A stretch of 64,000 bases of DNA, taken from assembly GCA_030295235.1 (NCBI GenBank), contig AP026172.1:744001-808000 (forward strand). Direction: 5' to 3'. The translations under genes were made by a program, and so were the position numbers. The notes beneath the pieces are model-generated. The model did not search any database. It worked only from the letters and a program-made list of their open reading frames with translations, and was not told the origin of the DNA. Positions 1-11,548 of this stretch are shown in pieces (position 1 is the stretch's first letter; every line of letters begins with the position of its first letter). Source of the stretch: Fistulifera solaris (lineage: Eukaryota).

Positions 1-2670
1 TCAAATTGTGCAGCTGAAAAGCACAAGAAGACGGAGTATGTTACTTATGAACCCACGAGCACTCCGTCCCTGTACTGCTCCTGCAGTAGAACAGCGATGC
101 GGGAAATCTACTGCGGCCACATCAACCTTGTTTCACGTACAAGATCCTCAACTTGGCCCTCAATCCCACCCTCTGTGTTTTCGCAATTCTACGAAGAGTT
201 TGGAAAAGTTCCGACAAGTGGTGATCGCCGGCTTCCTTACAGAGTTTCTTAACAACTATCCAGCGACTTGACGTCCCGGGATTTGGGGATATCAAGCTTG
301 CTTATCAATCAGAAAACATTTATCCATCACCAACTTACACTGACAAGCTTAACTCGGGGAACAGAATAATCAGTAATGGTGAACCGGGACCACGTAAGTC
401 AAAGAAAAAGAAGCAATCGGCGCTGGAATCAGCACGAATGACAAAGGAGTATGAGCCAAGTTCAAAGAACAAGCTCAGTCGAAATAACGATGCAATAGCA
501 GAAGCGATTGCCGCCGATGGTCTGTTTGATTTTGGGACCAAACCAAAGGCGGAACACATGCAACAGCTAGAATCAACTCTTGGACGCTAAACGTAGAGAC
601 GGCAAGCCCTTACCTCGGCACTGCTTTCACTGCAGATCACCGAATCACACAATTCGACAGTGTCTGGACTACCTCAAAGATGATCGAAGGTACATGGATC
701 CTGCATTACTTGAAACTGGCGCAATTCTGGTCAACCATTTCCCAACATGCGTCATTGACATGGATGCAGGAATTACTTCTGAAGATTTGGACAACGATGA
801 TACCTCCGGAGGACATGGCCTTCACAATATTGACAAGATTGGCTTAGTAGAAGACTCTGATGCAGCCAATGCCATTGTCCAGTCACGGATTTTAAAGCTT
901 ACTGGAGAAGACGCTGCAGAAATTCACGCTGAAGACGACAACGAAAATAACTATCTTCTGGATATGGACCTTGCTCCGTCAGGTAGTAACCGAGATATTG
1001 TAGTAATTATTCGTGACAAGGATTACACGGAAAGAAGAAGTCACGAACAAGAATTGACCATGGTTGATGATGTCGAGGTAGGCATCCATGACGATTCCCG
1101 TCTGAACAGTGCACACTCGGGTCATCTGTCGACAATTCTAGAGGATGAAGATGTGGAACCAAGCACCGCACATAATGCTTTTGCCTCAAGTCCCGCAACA
1201 ACAGAATATTCAGTAAATGAAATGCCAACAACTAGAACAAAGAGGAGATCCAAACAAGTAACGAATTTAAAAGCATGAAGGCAAGTCCATCTACCGCAAA
1301 GTCATCGATATTGAAGACAGCGACCGCATCCAGACCGAATTTGAAACCACCGCCGACCACAACAGCTTGTGCTTCCAGTCCAGCAACAACAGATTTTTCA
1401 TTAGTCAAAATGGCAACGAGAAAGAGGAAACGGCCGAAACAGCCACCAAATCAAAAAGCTGAAGGAACAAGTCCCGCCACAACTGATTCGTCAATCTTTG
1501 AGAGGCCGACCATGAAGAGTCAAAATCTGAAGCCACCACCTGATATCAGAGCTCATGCCTTGACTATCGAAGTCTTCAATGAATGAGAATACAACACAAA
1601 AAAGGAAAAGATCGAAACTGACAGCAAATTCCAGAGCCAAAGGCCCGACTCATGCCCGTAAAAAAGAAGTTGAAACCGCCACCGATTGCAGAAGCAAAAG
1701 CAGGAAGTCCCGCCACAGCAGTTTCTTCCATAGTTGAGATGCCAACTATGAAGAGGGGTAATCTGAGAGCACTGCCAAGATCTCATTCAAACAGTCCAAC
1801 AACCGAAGTATCACGATTCCTGAAGATATGATTATAAAGATACCGAAGACAGAACCCACTAATGCAAGTCCCGCCACGTCTGCTAGTGACGATTCATCAC
1901 ATGTATTTAAAAGGCGATTAGACATCCAAAAGAAGAATGCAAGTCCCGCCAAATCCGGTAATCTCAGTGACGATTCGTCGCATTTCCTGAAAATGCCGCT
2001 AGATCTGCGAAGAAAGAACTTGGCACAAAATGAAGCTCTCAAGTTCATTTTCAGTGGGTATTCCGAAAACCAGAAGAACTCGTAGAGCTATAACAAGTCC
2101 CGCTACTGCCACTAGTGGGACCTCATCACAATTCTTGAGAACACCCTTCGACCTGAGACGTAAGATTGTAGATCCCAGAAATGAAAATCAATTTTCATTA
2201 CGTCGACAACAAGTAAGGCAAATTGGAGTAGCCCCTTTGCAACCCCCAGTCATTACTGATGAACCATCAAAGATCGTATCCTATTTTTACGACACAGCTT
2301 ATCCATTTGTGGGAACCATTGAGCAATTAAATTGTTTGGTTCAAGAACACGAGTTTGATATTCCAGAATCATTTCACGGAAACGGAAACAAATGATTTAA
2401 CGATGAAAAGAAGGGCTTCAACCCGAAAGCAGCAAAACCAGCGAGGACTTGTGAGTGAGAACAATATTGCAATCCACGCAGCGGAATACTCTTGCAGAGA
2501 CAGCAAAAGGAAAGAAGTGGAATAGAATCATTTATCACTGTAGGGACAAGAAAGAATGGAAACGATCTGATTTACAACAAAGAAGATGCCAGGGGATCTC
2601 TTCGGTCACTCCTTTTTGCAATCCAGTGCAAAGGGCGTTGATAAAGGTCGCGGAGTCGTCCACGACCTGA
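1..2670 (+). pseudogene. Frameshifted C-terminal part of MULE transposase-like ORF (SWIM, zinc knuckle, acidic and S/P/T/K-rich linker)
   Basis: Successive + strand ORF fragments (1-252, 580-1278, 1275-1586, 1828-2085, 2030-2395) in shifting frames, carrying SWIM and CCHC motifs. The DDE core is not in the window. Confidence 0.55.
1186..2110 (+). repeat. Degenerate coding tandem repeat (core AAGTCCCGC, encoding S-P-A-T units)
   Basis: Core recurs near 1188, 1283, 1377, 1469, 1705, 1866, 1941 and 2095. Peptides alternate between SPATT...N(L/Q)KA and SP...NLKPPP. Confidence 0.7.
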
Positions 2671-2729
2671 AGAGGGAAAGAAGCATCATATCAAGGTGCT
2701 AGAGTGGTGCCACGGCATCCATAACCAGT

Positions 2730-3403
2730 GAATGCCTTGAAATTATGAACTCGCAATGTTATTTCAATGACGCGATTGTGAACAGTTTCCTTGAAAGCAT
2801 AACAAGCAAGACCGTGAACGGATGAGGGAGTTATTGCACACCCGTCGTATGTCATGAGTAATCTGTGGGATTCCGCCAACCAAAATATTAAGAGAGAGGG
2901 TAGACTGCAGCTTAGTTCAGCGTTTGTGGCATTGAATTCTATGACAAAATCGAACAATTTGGGCATTCATTTATTCCCTATGTGCAAGGAGAGGCACTGG
3001 TGGTTGATGGTGGTTGATGCCGATAATCGAGTTATTTATTCGCTCGACTCCCTCGAAGATCCGGACGATCACTACTCTAATGCTGTCTGGCTTTCAGGTT
3101 TATTTAAATTCGCGTGCGGTGAGGCAGCAATTAGAATGCGCGTCAACAAGCGAGCAGCAGGAATCAACATTACCCGATTTCGCTCCGTGGGAATACCAAG
3201 AAATGCGTCTTCCCAATAAACTATTGCAACATGATGGCCATAGTTGCGGACCATATGTATGTTTTTATGCGGCGACAATTCTGAAACATGGTCGACGTGC
3301 CCTCAATGAGAGGACATGGTTCCTTGACTCTATTTCGGAGATTGGAGTCGGAGATGATCTCCGACCTTTTGTATTTGATGTTATGTTTCAATTGGCTGAA
3401 TGA
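2730..3403 (+). CDS. Ulp1/SENP-like (peptidase C48) cysteine protease domain, frameshifted
   Basis: YFNDAIVNSFL (cf. WLNDEIIN) at ~2758; FPMCKERHWWLMVVD...IYSLDSL (catalytic His ~2995, Asp); QHDGHSCGPYVC (Gln, catalytic Cys ~3245). Confidence 0.8.
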
Positions 3404-3519
3404 CACGTATAGAGTAATGTGTGATATTAATCAACCAAGTCTAGTTTGAAACTGAAATTGTGTAGATTGGGTTTTGATTATTTACACGAAGTAGTTTTCG
3501 ACGAAAGCCTTGATCGGTG

Positions 3520-3715
3520 GAAGGTCACGTAGGCTGGGTTTTTCTTTATTGGAAGGTCGCTCGCTGCATCAGGGTCACGTAGGCTGGTTTTTCTTTATTG
3601 ACAATTGAGAGCGGTCGCGCTCGCTGACTTTTCTTTATCAAGAGCGGTCGCGCTCGCTGACTATTGTTTATTGAGGATTTGGTTATCTTAGAGGGGTGAT
3701 TCATGAATCATCCGG
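3520..3715. repeat. Subterminal direct repeats and palindrome
   Basis: GGTCACGTAGGCTGG(G)TTTTTCTTTATTG x2 (3523, 3573); GAGCGGTCGCGCTCGCTGACT x2 (3609, 3642); perfect palindrome TGATTCATGAATCA at 3697-3710. Confidence 0.85.
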
Positions 3716-4011
3716 GACTGTCATTCATAAGGCTTTGTTACTTTATCGAGCAACCTAAGTAGATTCTAAGTAATTAGTACCACATCCAATGGCGCGTACT
3801 CTACTGTAAAGTTGAATGTAGTCAGTTAACGTCTCTCCTAACGGGAGAGCTATCGGAAGAGGTTCACCCTGGTTGGAGACCTAACGGAAGTCTCCCAAAC
3901 TTCTTCCTTCCTTTCTTTTTCGCACAAAAAAAACCTCCTCTGTCTTATGTTTTTGAACGTGACAAACAATGAACCCATTCTTGATCTAGCACCAAACGTA
4001 CTTTGTATGAC

Positions 4012-4542
4012 ATGAGCCGATCGTCAAGCGAGCAGCAAGACCAGCAGCAGGAGAACAGTCCTACTAGTACTCATTGGCCCATCACGTTGACACACTATGC
4101 GACTCCCGGAAATGTTCTGTTGGCATCGAGTTTCCCCTTTTGTTACCGAGCCTATCGTGATTATCACAAATACTCGCAAATGATTTTACAAGCGCCATAT
4201 TCGACGGATAACAAACTCGGTATGATGGTCGCATCACGGGCCTTGGGGATTGCAACACGGGGAAGTATCGGAGTGTTTGCCTTGACGAGCAGTTTGGTGT
4301 TCTTTTGGAATGGTTGGTCGTCTTTTTCGGATGCCGTGCATTCCACACAACAGTGGGCGCAATCGCGACGAGAACTACTTCTCACATTATTTGGTATAAG
4401 CGATCGCCACCAGAAGGATCCGGATTTTGTCGCCATAAAGGACATGACTGAGGAACAAGCGTTAGACTATCTCACCAAGAAATACTTTCGATCACAACTT
4501 AAAGAGACTCCAGAGAATAATGACAAGGATAAAGATTCATAA
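4012..4542 (+). CDS. Small membrane protein, possibly TMEM242/Aim11-like
   Basis: Intact ORF from ATG 4012 with two hydrophobic segments. The ASRALGIATRGSIGVF segment resembles TMEM242/Aim11 (weak). Confidence 0.55.
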   Translation: MSRSSSEQQDQQQENSPTSTHWPITLTHYATPGNVLLASSFPFCYRAYRDYHKYSQMILQAPYSTDNKLGMMVASRALGIATRGSIGVFALTSSLVFFWNGWSSFSDAVHSTQQWAQSRRELLLTLFGISDRHQKDPDFVAIKDMTEEQALDYLTKKYFRSQLKETPENNDKDKDS

Positions 4543-4613
4543 CAAAGATATTATGATTACTGTATTCTTCTTTCATTATTTTATTCATTTATTCACAATT
4601 ATTATTATTATTA

Positions 4614-5489
4614 TTATTCCGTCAGATAAGCCTCCATGGTTTCATCTTTGTACCACTTGACACTCATCTTCATGTTATTCATGAGTTGAGCTCGTGTCGA
4701 AGTCGCTCGTTTATTAACGGAAGGAGCGGATGGTCGGGATAGTGTCTGCTGCACTTGGCTCTTTTCCGACAAGAGCGCCGCGGAGCGTTTCACGGCACGG
4801 AGATTGGTGGGGACATCTTCTCGTATGCGCCACTCGAGGGCCGCGACCGGAACAGGTCCCTTGGGACGCACATCGACAACGTACGACAATTTGGTTTCCG
4901 GCATACCATCGGCACCTATTCGTTCTTCTGCTTTCCATTCTCCGTCAAAGGCATTGAAGAACATACTATCGACGCATTGGAAGGTAATCCGACGTTCTGA
5001 TTCGGAAATGTAACGTTCTTTCATTTTCATCGTGACACTGGCGGCAAATTCGAAACCCACAATTTTTTGTGCCCCTTTTTGAAACAATATACATTCGTAG
5101 GACCCGTCACCTGGTTGACCCGAAGGTGGTCGACGGGTGATGCGCGATTCTTTCAAATTCGGTACATGAGTCGATAGATCATCGTACGCTGTCAAAATGC
5201 TCCACACGTCCGCGAGTGGAACCGGGGCTATAATTTCTCCAAAAATACGTCGTGAACTGGGTGATGGTCGTTCAATGCGGACCGGAACCAAGTCACAGGA
5301 ATCGGCATCGCCGTCGACGGCCTCGTTCTGCGTCCCACCGAACCACCAAACGGCGAGGGCCGTATCTGTCGGCAGTTTGTTATCGAAATGTGTAGAAACC
5401 CTTCTAGGAATCGGCACAACAAACCCGTTCACCCATTGGGATGAAAGAAGCGATAGAGACACGAGACATAATAGAGAACTTGTGCTCAT
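4614..5489 (-). CDS. Plastid-targeted SRPBCC/START-like (polyketide cyclase/COQ10-like) protein
   Basis: Signal peptide MSTSSLLCLVSLSLLSSQWVNG|FVV; motifs VWSILTAYDDLSTHVPNLKES, FNAFDGEW, VPVAALEWRIREDVPTNLRAV. Confidence 0.8.
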   Translation of the reverse strand: MSTSSLLCLVSLSLLSSQWVNGFVVPIPRRVSTHFDNKLPTDTALAVWWFGGTQNEAVDGDADSCDLVPVRIERPSPSSRRIFGEIIAPVPLADVWSILTAYDDLSTHVPNLKESRITRRPPSGQPGDGSYECILFQKGAQKIVGFEFAASVTMKMKERYISESERRITFQCVDSMFFNAFDGEWKAEERIGADGMPETKLSYVVDVRPKGPVPVAALEWRIREDVPTNLRAVKRSAALLSEKSQVQQTLSRPSAPSVNKRATSTRAQLMNNMKMSVKWYKDETMEAYLTE

Positions 5490-6121
5490 GTTGCTGTTAC
5501 TGGTGTGATGTTGAAGACTGGATGGCCTCCGTCTCGGTTGTTTATTCATTATGATGTCTTGCTTTTTGATATTTGATGGCCGTGTTGTTTTAAAGGATGC
5601 AGTCAGCAATGATCGGATGACATTGAAATGGCTGAATACCCAAGGTGTCAAGGAAAAGAATAAATCTAGTGCCGGCCGAGAAGAGGAAAACGACTGGAAG
5701 GAAGGACGCTGGTCTTATTTCGCGACAACAAACAAGAAAAAGCCGAATTGACGTGTTTTTGGTGTTGCGCTTTCTCGTTTGCTTACGCAGACGTGGTGTA
5801 CAAAAAGTTGTATACGACATACGACCCACTGGCCGGCTGGCCTGGTGTCCCGTTCCACGGCCTGCTGTTCGTTCGTACGGGAAGTATAGGACAATCAGTA
5901 CATAAGAAAAGATGACGTCCCTTTCATCTACGAGCCAAAATTCCGATCCCTTGTCTCTGTCCGTCGTCCGTGTTGTTTCTTTCGTCACTGCGTCGTGACT
6001 ACAATCCGATGATCTTCACTCACCAACTTTTGGCTATAGTGCTACTCGTATTCAGAACATTTAGTTTATTATCTATTATGATTTCATGCATTCGTTAAGC
6101 ACGATGCACGCTGTACACGAC

Positions 6122-9100
6122 CTAAAAGCCATTCATTGGGTTGTCGGCCGCTCGGGTGGCACGTTGATACGGTGAACGCGGCAATTTGACGGGAGCTCGG
6201 ACCAAGGAGGTCGCGGACCCATCGTCTGCAGCCAGCAATGATACAACGTGATTCCATTCTTGGAATCGAATATGAGAAGAAAATTCCAAGCTCAGACGAT
6301 CTCGACCTCTGTGAGAATAGTATTCTGACCAGAACCACAGCACTTCGCGGAAGTTTCGCAAAACGTCCGTTCGATCGCCAACGTGTTGCTTTCCAATCGT
6401 CAAAATGGATGCACGCCGGGCATATGAGGGTGTATCTTTCTCCTTACTTAGATCAAGGTGTCGCATGGCTTGAACGAAAGCACGATCCACAACATCGTCT
6501 TGCTCTTGAGGTGATCGTTGCTTCGCATCCTTTTCTTCACTACTCAATGTTCGGAGTTCCTCCAGTAATCCGGCAAGTTGTTGACGGCGATAGGCAAAAT
6601 TGCAACGACAACAGCAGTGTTGAGACAGCAGATGTTCTCGTGATTGATGTTTTTGAGATCGACAACGCTGAGCAAGTCTCGAAGAAGTCGTGTCTGATTC
6701 ACCGCTAGAAACCAAGCAAGTCGCTCCAAGCTATTCGGAAGAAAAGTGTTCGGTGCAAGCGATTCGCCAGAAGGAGTGAAAACCCATCCGAAATGCCCCA
6801 CGTTTCCATGTAAGCCGGATGGAGGTGTAGGAGAAACAGCAGAGCACGAGGTATTTGTCCTGATCACACTAGCGAGAGAAGGAAACCAATCGGTGGGACG
6901 GAACTCAAAACTCATATCCTTGTCTTTGTAGCTCGCTTCAAAGAGACTAAGCGGTGTAGCTTCCCACCAAGAGTGAGTGAGATAAGACCGTGAGGCACTG
7001 CCTTCCGTGCTCGTCCATCCATGAGAGGAAATAGGGTTGCTTTTGTCAATGTAGATAGGATGCGGACCTCGGCTAGCGGTAAAACGCTCCAAACTTAGTA
7101 AAAGAGACCTTATGAAGACATTAGAGTCGACAAGATTTGCGGCGGCCACGCTCATGAACTTTCTAAATCTTTCTTCGTCCATGTCCATAATCAAAAGTCG
7201 GACTATCTCCGCATTGCCCTTGATAAGCTCTCCCAGAAGATCGAAAGAAGTCTGAAGGCTTCCGGCGCAATGGAGTCTATCGCATGACACTTCAGTGACT
7301 AAGTGGTCGAGCAGCCCTGATCGAGCGGTGAACATCTGTTCCTTTGGAGACGATCCACGGAGATAGGATTCGATACAGCTTGCTAACCAGAATCGGTAAG
7401 GTGATTCGTCTGACTCTCTCATGAAAGCTTCTATGATCTTCAGTAACAACCCTTTCTTCCGTGGTGATCTTTCAGAAGCTTCTCCAAACAGGTCTAAACG
7501 TTCCGACTCGCTAAGCAGCAAGCGCCGACCGGCGTAATTGTCACAGTCTCTGTCACAGAAATTGTGCAGCAACCTTAAATACTGAACACACAATGCGCTT
7601 TCTGGTGTGCACTCGCACCCTGGACCATGTATTCCGTTTGGCTGGTCGCCGTCATTTCGTTCCTGAAATGCACTATCCTCGTCGCTTTGAGTTGAACATC
7701 GATACCATGGTAATCTTTGGAACATATCATTGAGGACAGAAATAACACCCAAATCATGAAGTAGATTCTGAGCGTCCAATTTACGACGACCTCCAAGAAG
7801 CGTGCATAAAACAAAAAGAATTTCCACTTGGAAAGGACCTAGAAGCATTGCGTTGAATTGAAGGGAGTTCGCAGCGTCTTGAGGGGTGTTGATCAAGTGA
7901 CCCGTATTCCCTTCCAATCCAACTGGACCAAGACCTACACCCATGAGTATTTCGATCTGATCATTTGAATCCCGTCGTCGGTCTTCATTCTGGTAGAGTC
8001 TACTGGCTAAAATCTGATCAGTCAGGATTCCTGCCACAGATGCTAGACCCTGTACAGCATGATCATCGACCCCGACATTACCCGCGGACCTCTGACCTTC
8101 TCTGGTACGTTGCGTTCGACGCCTGGTTGTGTGATCTCTTCCGACAATAACCCCTGCTTCTTGCGCCGCAGATATTACACTTATTATATGTCCCATCTGA
8201 TTTTGTCCCCCTTGACGGGTATCGGACAAAGTCTCAGAAAGCCCTCCAGCATTTCCGCGACAGATCCCAAATCGCTCAATGCGACATCTAAATCTTGCGC
8301 AGAAAAACGATCCTCGGTTACCAGCAATTTCCTCGCTAATCGATTTTGTCGTTCGGTTTCCGAGAAACTTTCAAGCTCCCCAAGTCCCAGCATTACCAAG
8401 GTCTCCGCGATGAATGGATACTGCGCCATTATGTGGTAGGCTGAGAAGCGACGAAGGGGAGGTGCATAATTCATAATTCGTAAGAGTTGAAGCAATCGCC
8501 CCACAAGAACGGGGTCGCCGAGAACAATAGATTGATTCATGTCGACTGTTGAATCTTTACCAGCGCGAGCTGCACGGTTTCGTCTTAGTTGAAGAAGTTC
8601 TAGCGACTTCAATACAGCTGGACTTTCCAGCAGCTGCCGATCTTCGGGTTCAAAAATCAAAAGAGCTAGAATGCGACAGAAGTGGGCTAGCTGTCGGCAA
8701 CTCAAACTACGCCAGAGACCGTAGAGATCTGATATGTTCCCAAGAAAAAATGTGGTAGCAGGCCGTATTCGTCCAGTCGGTGTAAAAGATGGTGATTCTC
8801 CTGGACTCGGTGTGGGTTGACTTGACTGCGACATGAAACTCAAGATTTCTTCAATTAAAGAGGCAGCATGGTCGAAACATGGATCATGCGAGAGTAGAGT
8901 GAAAAGAAATGGCAAAAAATCTCCGCTATCATCTAGTGCCTCATCAGTCACAAGGGAGGGAATGAAATAAACGAGATCACGCAAAGCTTGCAACGCATCA
9001 TTCCAACAATTAGCCAGCCGACTCGCAACAATCTCCTTGCTTAAATTGCGGGCATCATTGGAAGCGGCCATTTCCTGTCCCACAAAAGCTTTTTCACGAA

Positions 9101-10487
9101 ATAATCGAAGAAATAGACTAGTGCCTCCGGCTTGCACAAAGGCATCTCGTTCTAAACCCATGCGGCCTCCACCCGCGTAGAATTTAGGGCAATTTGGGGG
9201 CAAATTTTGTTCTTCTGTACTTCTTCCGTCGCTTGGAGTAGCAAGATCACTGATCAATCTCGGAGCTACGCGAGAAACTATGGTTTGAGTTTCCGTCCAA
9301 TCTCCCCCTTCGATTGCAGCGAGCAGTGCATTTACTTCCGAAACAATACCTCCTGCCCGTTTGTCAAGTCTGCCATGCAATGTCATACCTCCGATACGAT
9401 CAAGACTCTTTGATGCAGGTTGATCGCGAGGAAACAAGGTTCTGCCGGTACTTTCACGAGCCATGAGTGAGAGAACTACATTCGGACCACAGCTGATATT
9501 AATTTGGTCGGCTTCACCATCGTCGGATGACACTGCTGACATCGAGCTAGCCATACTACTGCGCCTTCGAACCATAGGGCCAAAGGAAGTCGAAATGCGC
9601 CTTCCGCGATCAACATCTGTGGGGTTCAGAGATCGACGTCTGTTATAATAGCTTGCCAACGTACCACCATGTCCGGTACCTCCCGAAAGCGTCAAGCTAA
9701 CACGGCGATTTCCTTGTGTAAAAGCCGAGCCTTGGCTGCTACGTCGCCTCCCAAAGCCCCCGCCGAATGCACCAGCGAACGTGCTGGTACTGCTTCTCCG
9801 CCGAAGAAAAAACTCAGATGTCTCGGAATCGTCAAACAAATTATCGTTTTGAGGGTCAACTAGGTGCAGTATAGGGGCCGCCGATTCATGACCCAGAATC
9901 AGAGTTTCAATACTGCGTCCCATCCATTCAAAGTCGCGGCTGAAAATGGGCCGAAATTCTGGCGTGTGCTCGTTCGTTTTGACCTCTCTTACGGGAACGG
10001 ACGCTACAAATTGTCGAATCGATCGAACCGCCATGTCCGTAGCCTGAGAATCCTCTTCCGACTGATTCTGTTCGTTGAAGATGCTGTGGTAAATGGGAGA
10101 AGCGATGGTGAATCTCGAAGTCCGTAGCTCCGGTGGAATCGGAGGAGACGACGTGTCGCCACCATCTTCCTCGTCCTCAGCATTGCGTCGGATCGAAAAT
10201 GGATTCGGCTCATTCATAGATGAGATCGGAGTCGAGGGCTCATTGTTTTCGTTGCTATGGCTACTCCTTGTCGATGTTGCCCGTGCGTCGGGATGCGAAC
10301 CAGCGTCTTCGTCGCTTTGCTCGGTCGAATGCTGTTGGCTCGGACCCCGCCGAGTACCCTGCATTACACCGCTTGCAGAATCATCAAATGGATTGTCATT
10401 ATCAGACGGCGTGGAGGAAACGGAATCCCTGGAACCCCGACTTCGTCGATTTCTGCGACCTTCCGGAGACGATAAAGACTGTCCCAT
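6122..10487 (-). CDS. TRPC4AP: TRPC4AP/TRUSS-like protein (CUL4-DDB1 substrate receptor family); frame breaks near 8200 and 6600
   Basis: IHGPGCECTPESALCVQYLRLLHNFCD, YRFWLASCIESYLRG, LQTSFDLLGELIKGN, HENICCLNT and FWSEYYSHRGRDRLSLEFSSHI match TRPC4AP conserved blocks. Three overlapping ORFs. Confidence 0.8.
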
Positions 10488-11000
10488 TGTCGTGCGTCAA
10501 AGCTTCGGATCTCTCAATTTTGAGACAGAAAAGCAGTCCCTTTTTTCGAGTTAAGGTATCTTATTAAAAAGAAAGAGAATGTCGATGCTATTGCTACGAT
10601 CTAAAGGTCTTTTTCATCACAAGAAACAAAAAAAAAGCAAATCAACAGGGCGCGGCGCCTTTAGTGTTGGTCTCGCTGCGTTTACTACTGTGACCTAAAA
10701 AGCAGGAAGTCGAGCATAAGACCAAAACGCCTATCGATACGCCAAACGGTACCCGTATCGTTATATCTTTATATAGTTCGAGTCGTATAGGTTTTTTGCA
10801 CTTGACACATTGTTTTAGCACTATCCCTTGCGTCTTTCCCCGACCTGGTCGAGACCATTCGACATGCTGCCTCTTGTTGCTACGATGATGATGATTCTTC
10901 ATTCATTGCATTGCTTATTAATGAACTTAATAATCGACTAACGGGATCTGGACCACCTCTGTAGCACAATCGTCACGCATAATCTATATCGCCAGCGCAA

Positions 11001-11411
11001 ATGACATCGATCCAATTTGCGACGCGCCAGGTCTACCGCGAGCTGTTTCATTTGACACGACAGCAGCCCAGTCATCATCCGCTTCTTCAGGAGCTTCGCG
11101 AGAAATTTCGTCGACCTCTTAGCGAGAATGAGACACCAGAACAGAGACTTAGGGAAGCTGAATCGCGTCTCAGTTTCTTACGAATGAAGTCGACCAAATC
11201 ACAGCAACGAGGAACACTAGCGGGTCGATGGGTCTATCGCAACGGAGAGAGACTCGAAGCTGACGCAGAAGGGACGTTTCGTGATAGCAAAGGAAAAGTA
11301 GTTAGCAACTGGGATGGTAAAAATCTAGACCCCGAATCGGTCAAAATGCATCGACAGCAGCTTCGTCGTGCGGGCTTTGTCAATAACGCGCATGCGAAAG
11401 GTTTATTCTAA
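11001..11411 (+). CDS. LYR-motif-like small protein (probably mitochondrial)
   Basis: Intact 136-aa ORF; VYRELF...LREKFR pattern resembles Complex1_LYR. Confidence 0.6.
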   Translation: MTSIQFATRQVYRELFHLTRQQPSHHPLLQELREKFRRPLSENETPEQRLREAESRLSFLRMKSTKSQQRGTLAGRWVYRNGERLEADAEGTFRDSKGKVVSNWDGKNLDPESVKMHRQQLRRAGFVNNAHAKGLF

Positions 11412-11548
11412 GCAATGTGGATTGTACGAATGGTGTGAAAAGAGGCCCCATTTAAGTACGTGAAACGGTTTCACTGTCAAAAAATATTCCGATCAGGTCT
11501 AACAACACTCTTACTTTAGGAAATTGACTTGGGTGATGGTACTAATGA

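Larger units (their letters stand above)
1..3720 (+). mobile_element. Right part of a Mutator-like (MULE) DNA transposon carrying a Ulp1-type protease; left end lies outside the window, right boundary approximate
   Basis: Frame +1 from base 1 reads YCSCSRTAMREIYCGH (SWIM CxC-xn-CxH, 76-120). CFHCRSPNHTIRQC is a CCHC knuckle (622-663). A C48 protease domain lies at ~2730-3403 and subterminal direct repeats plus a palindrome at 3520-3715. SWIM + knuckle is the typical C-terminal arrangement of MULE transposases. Confidence 0.7.

Noticed and set aside
3520..3665. Short repeats as a CRISPR array
   Set aside because: Only two copies per unit, no regular unique spacers, no cas genes, and a eukaryotic context.
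3690..3730. Helitron 3' end (hairpin + CTRR)
   Set aside because: The palindrome is not followed by CTRR at the expected distance, and SWIM + knuckle points to a MULE.
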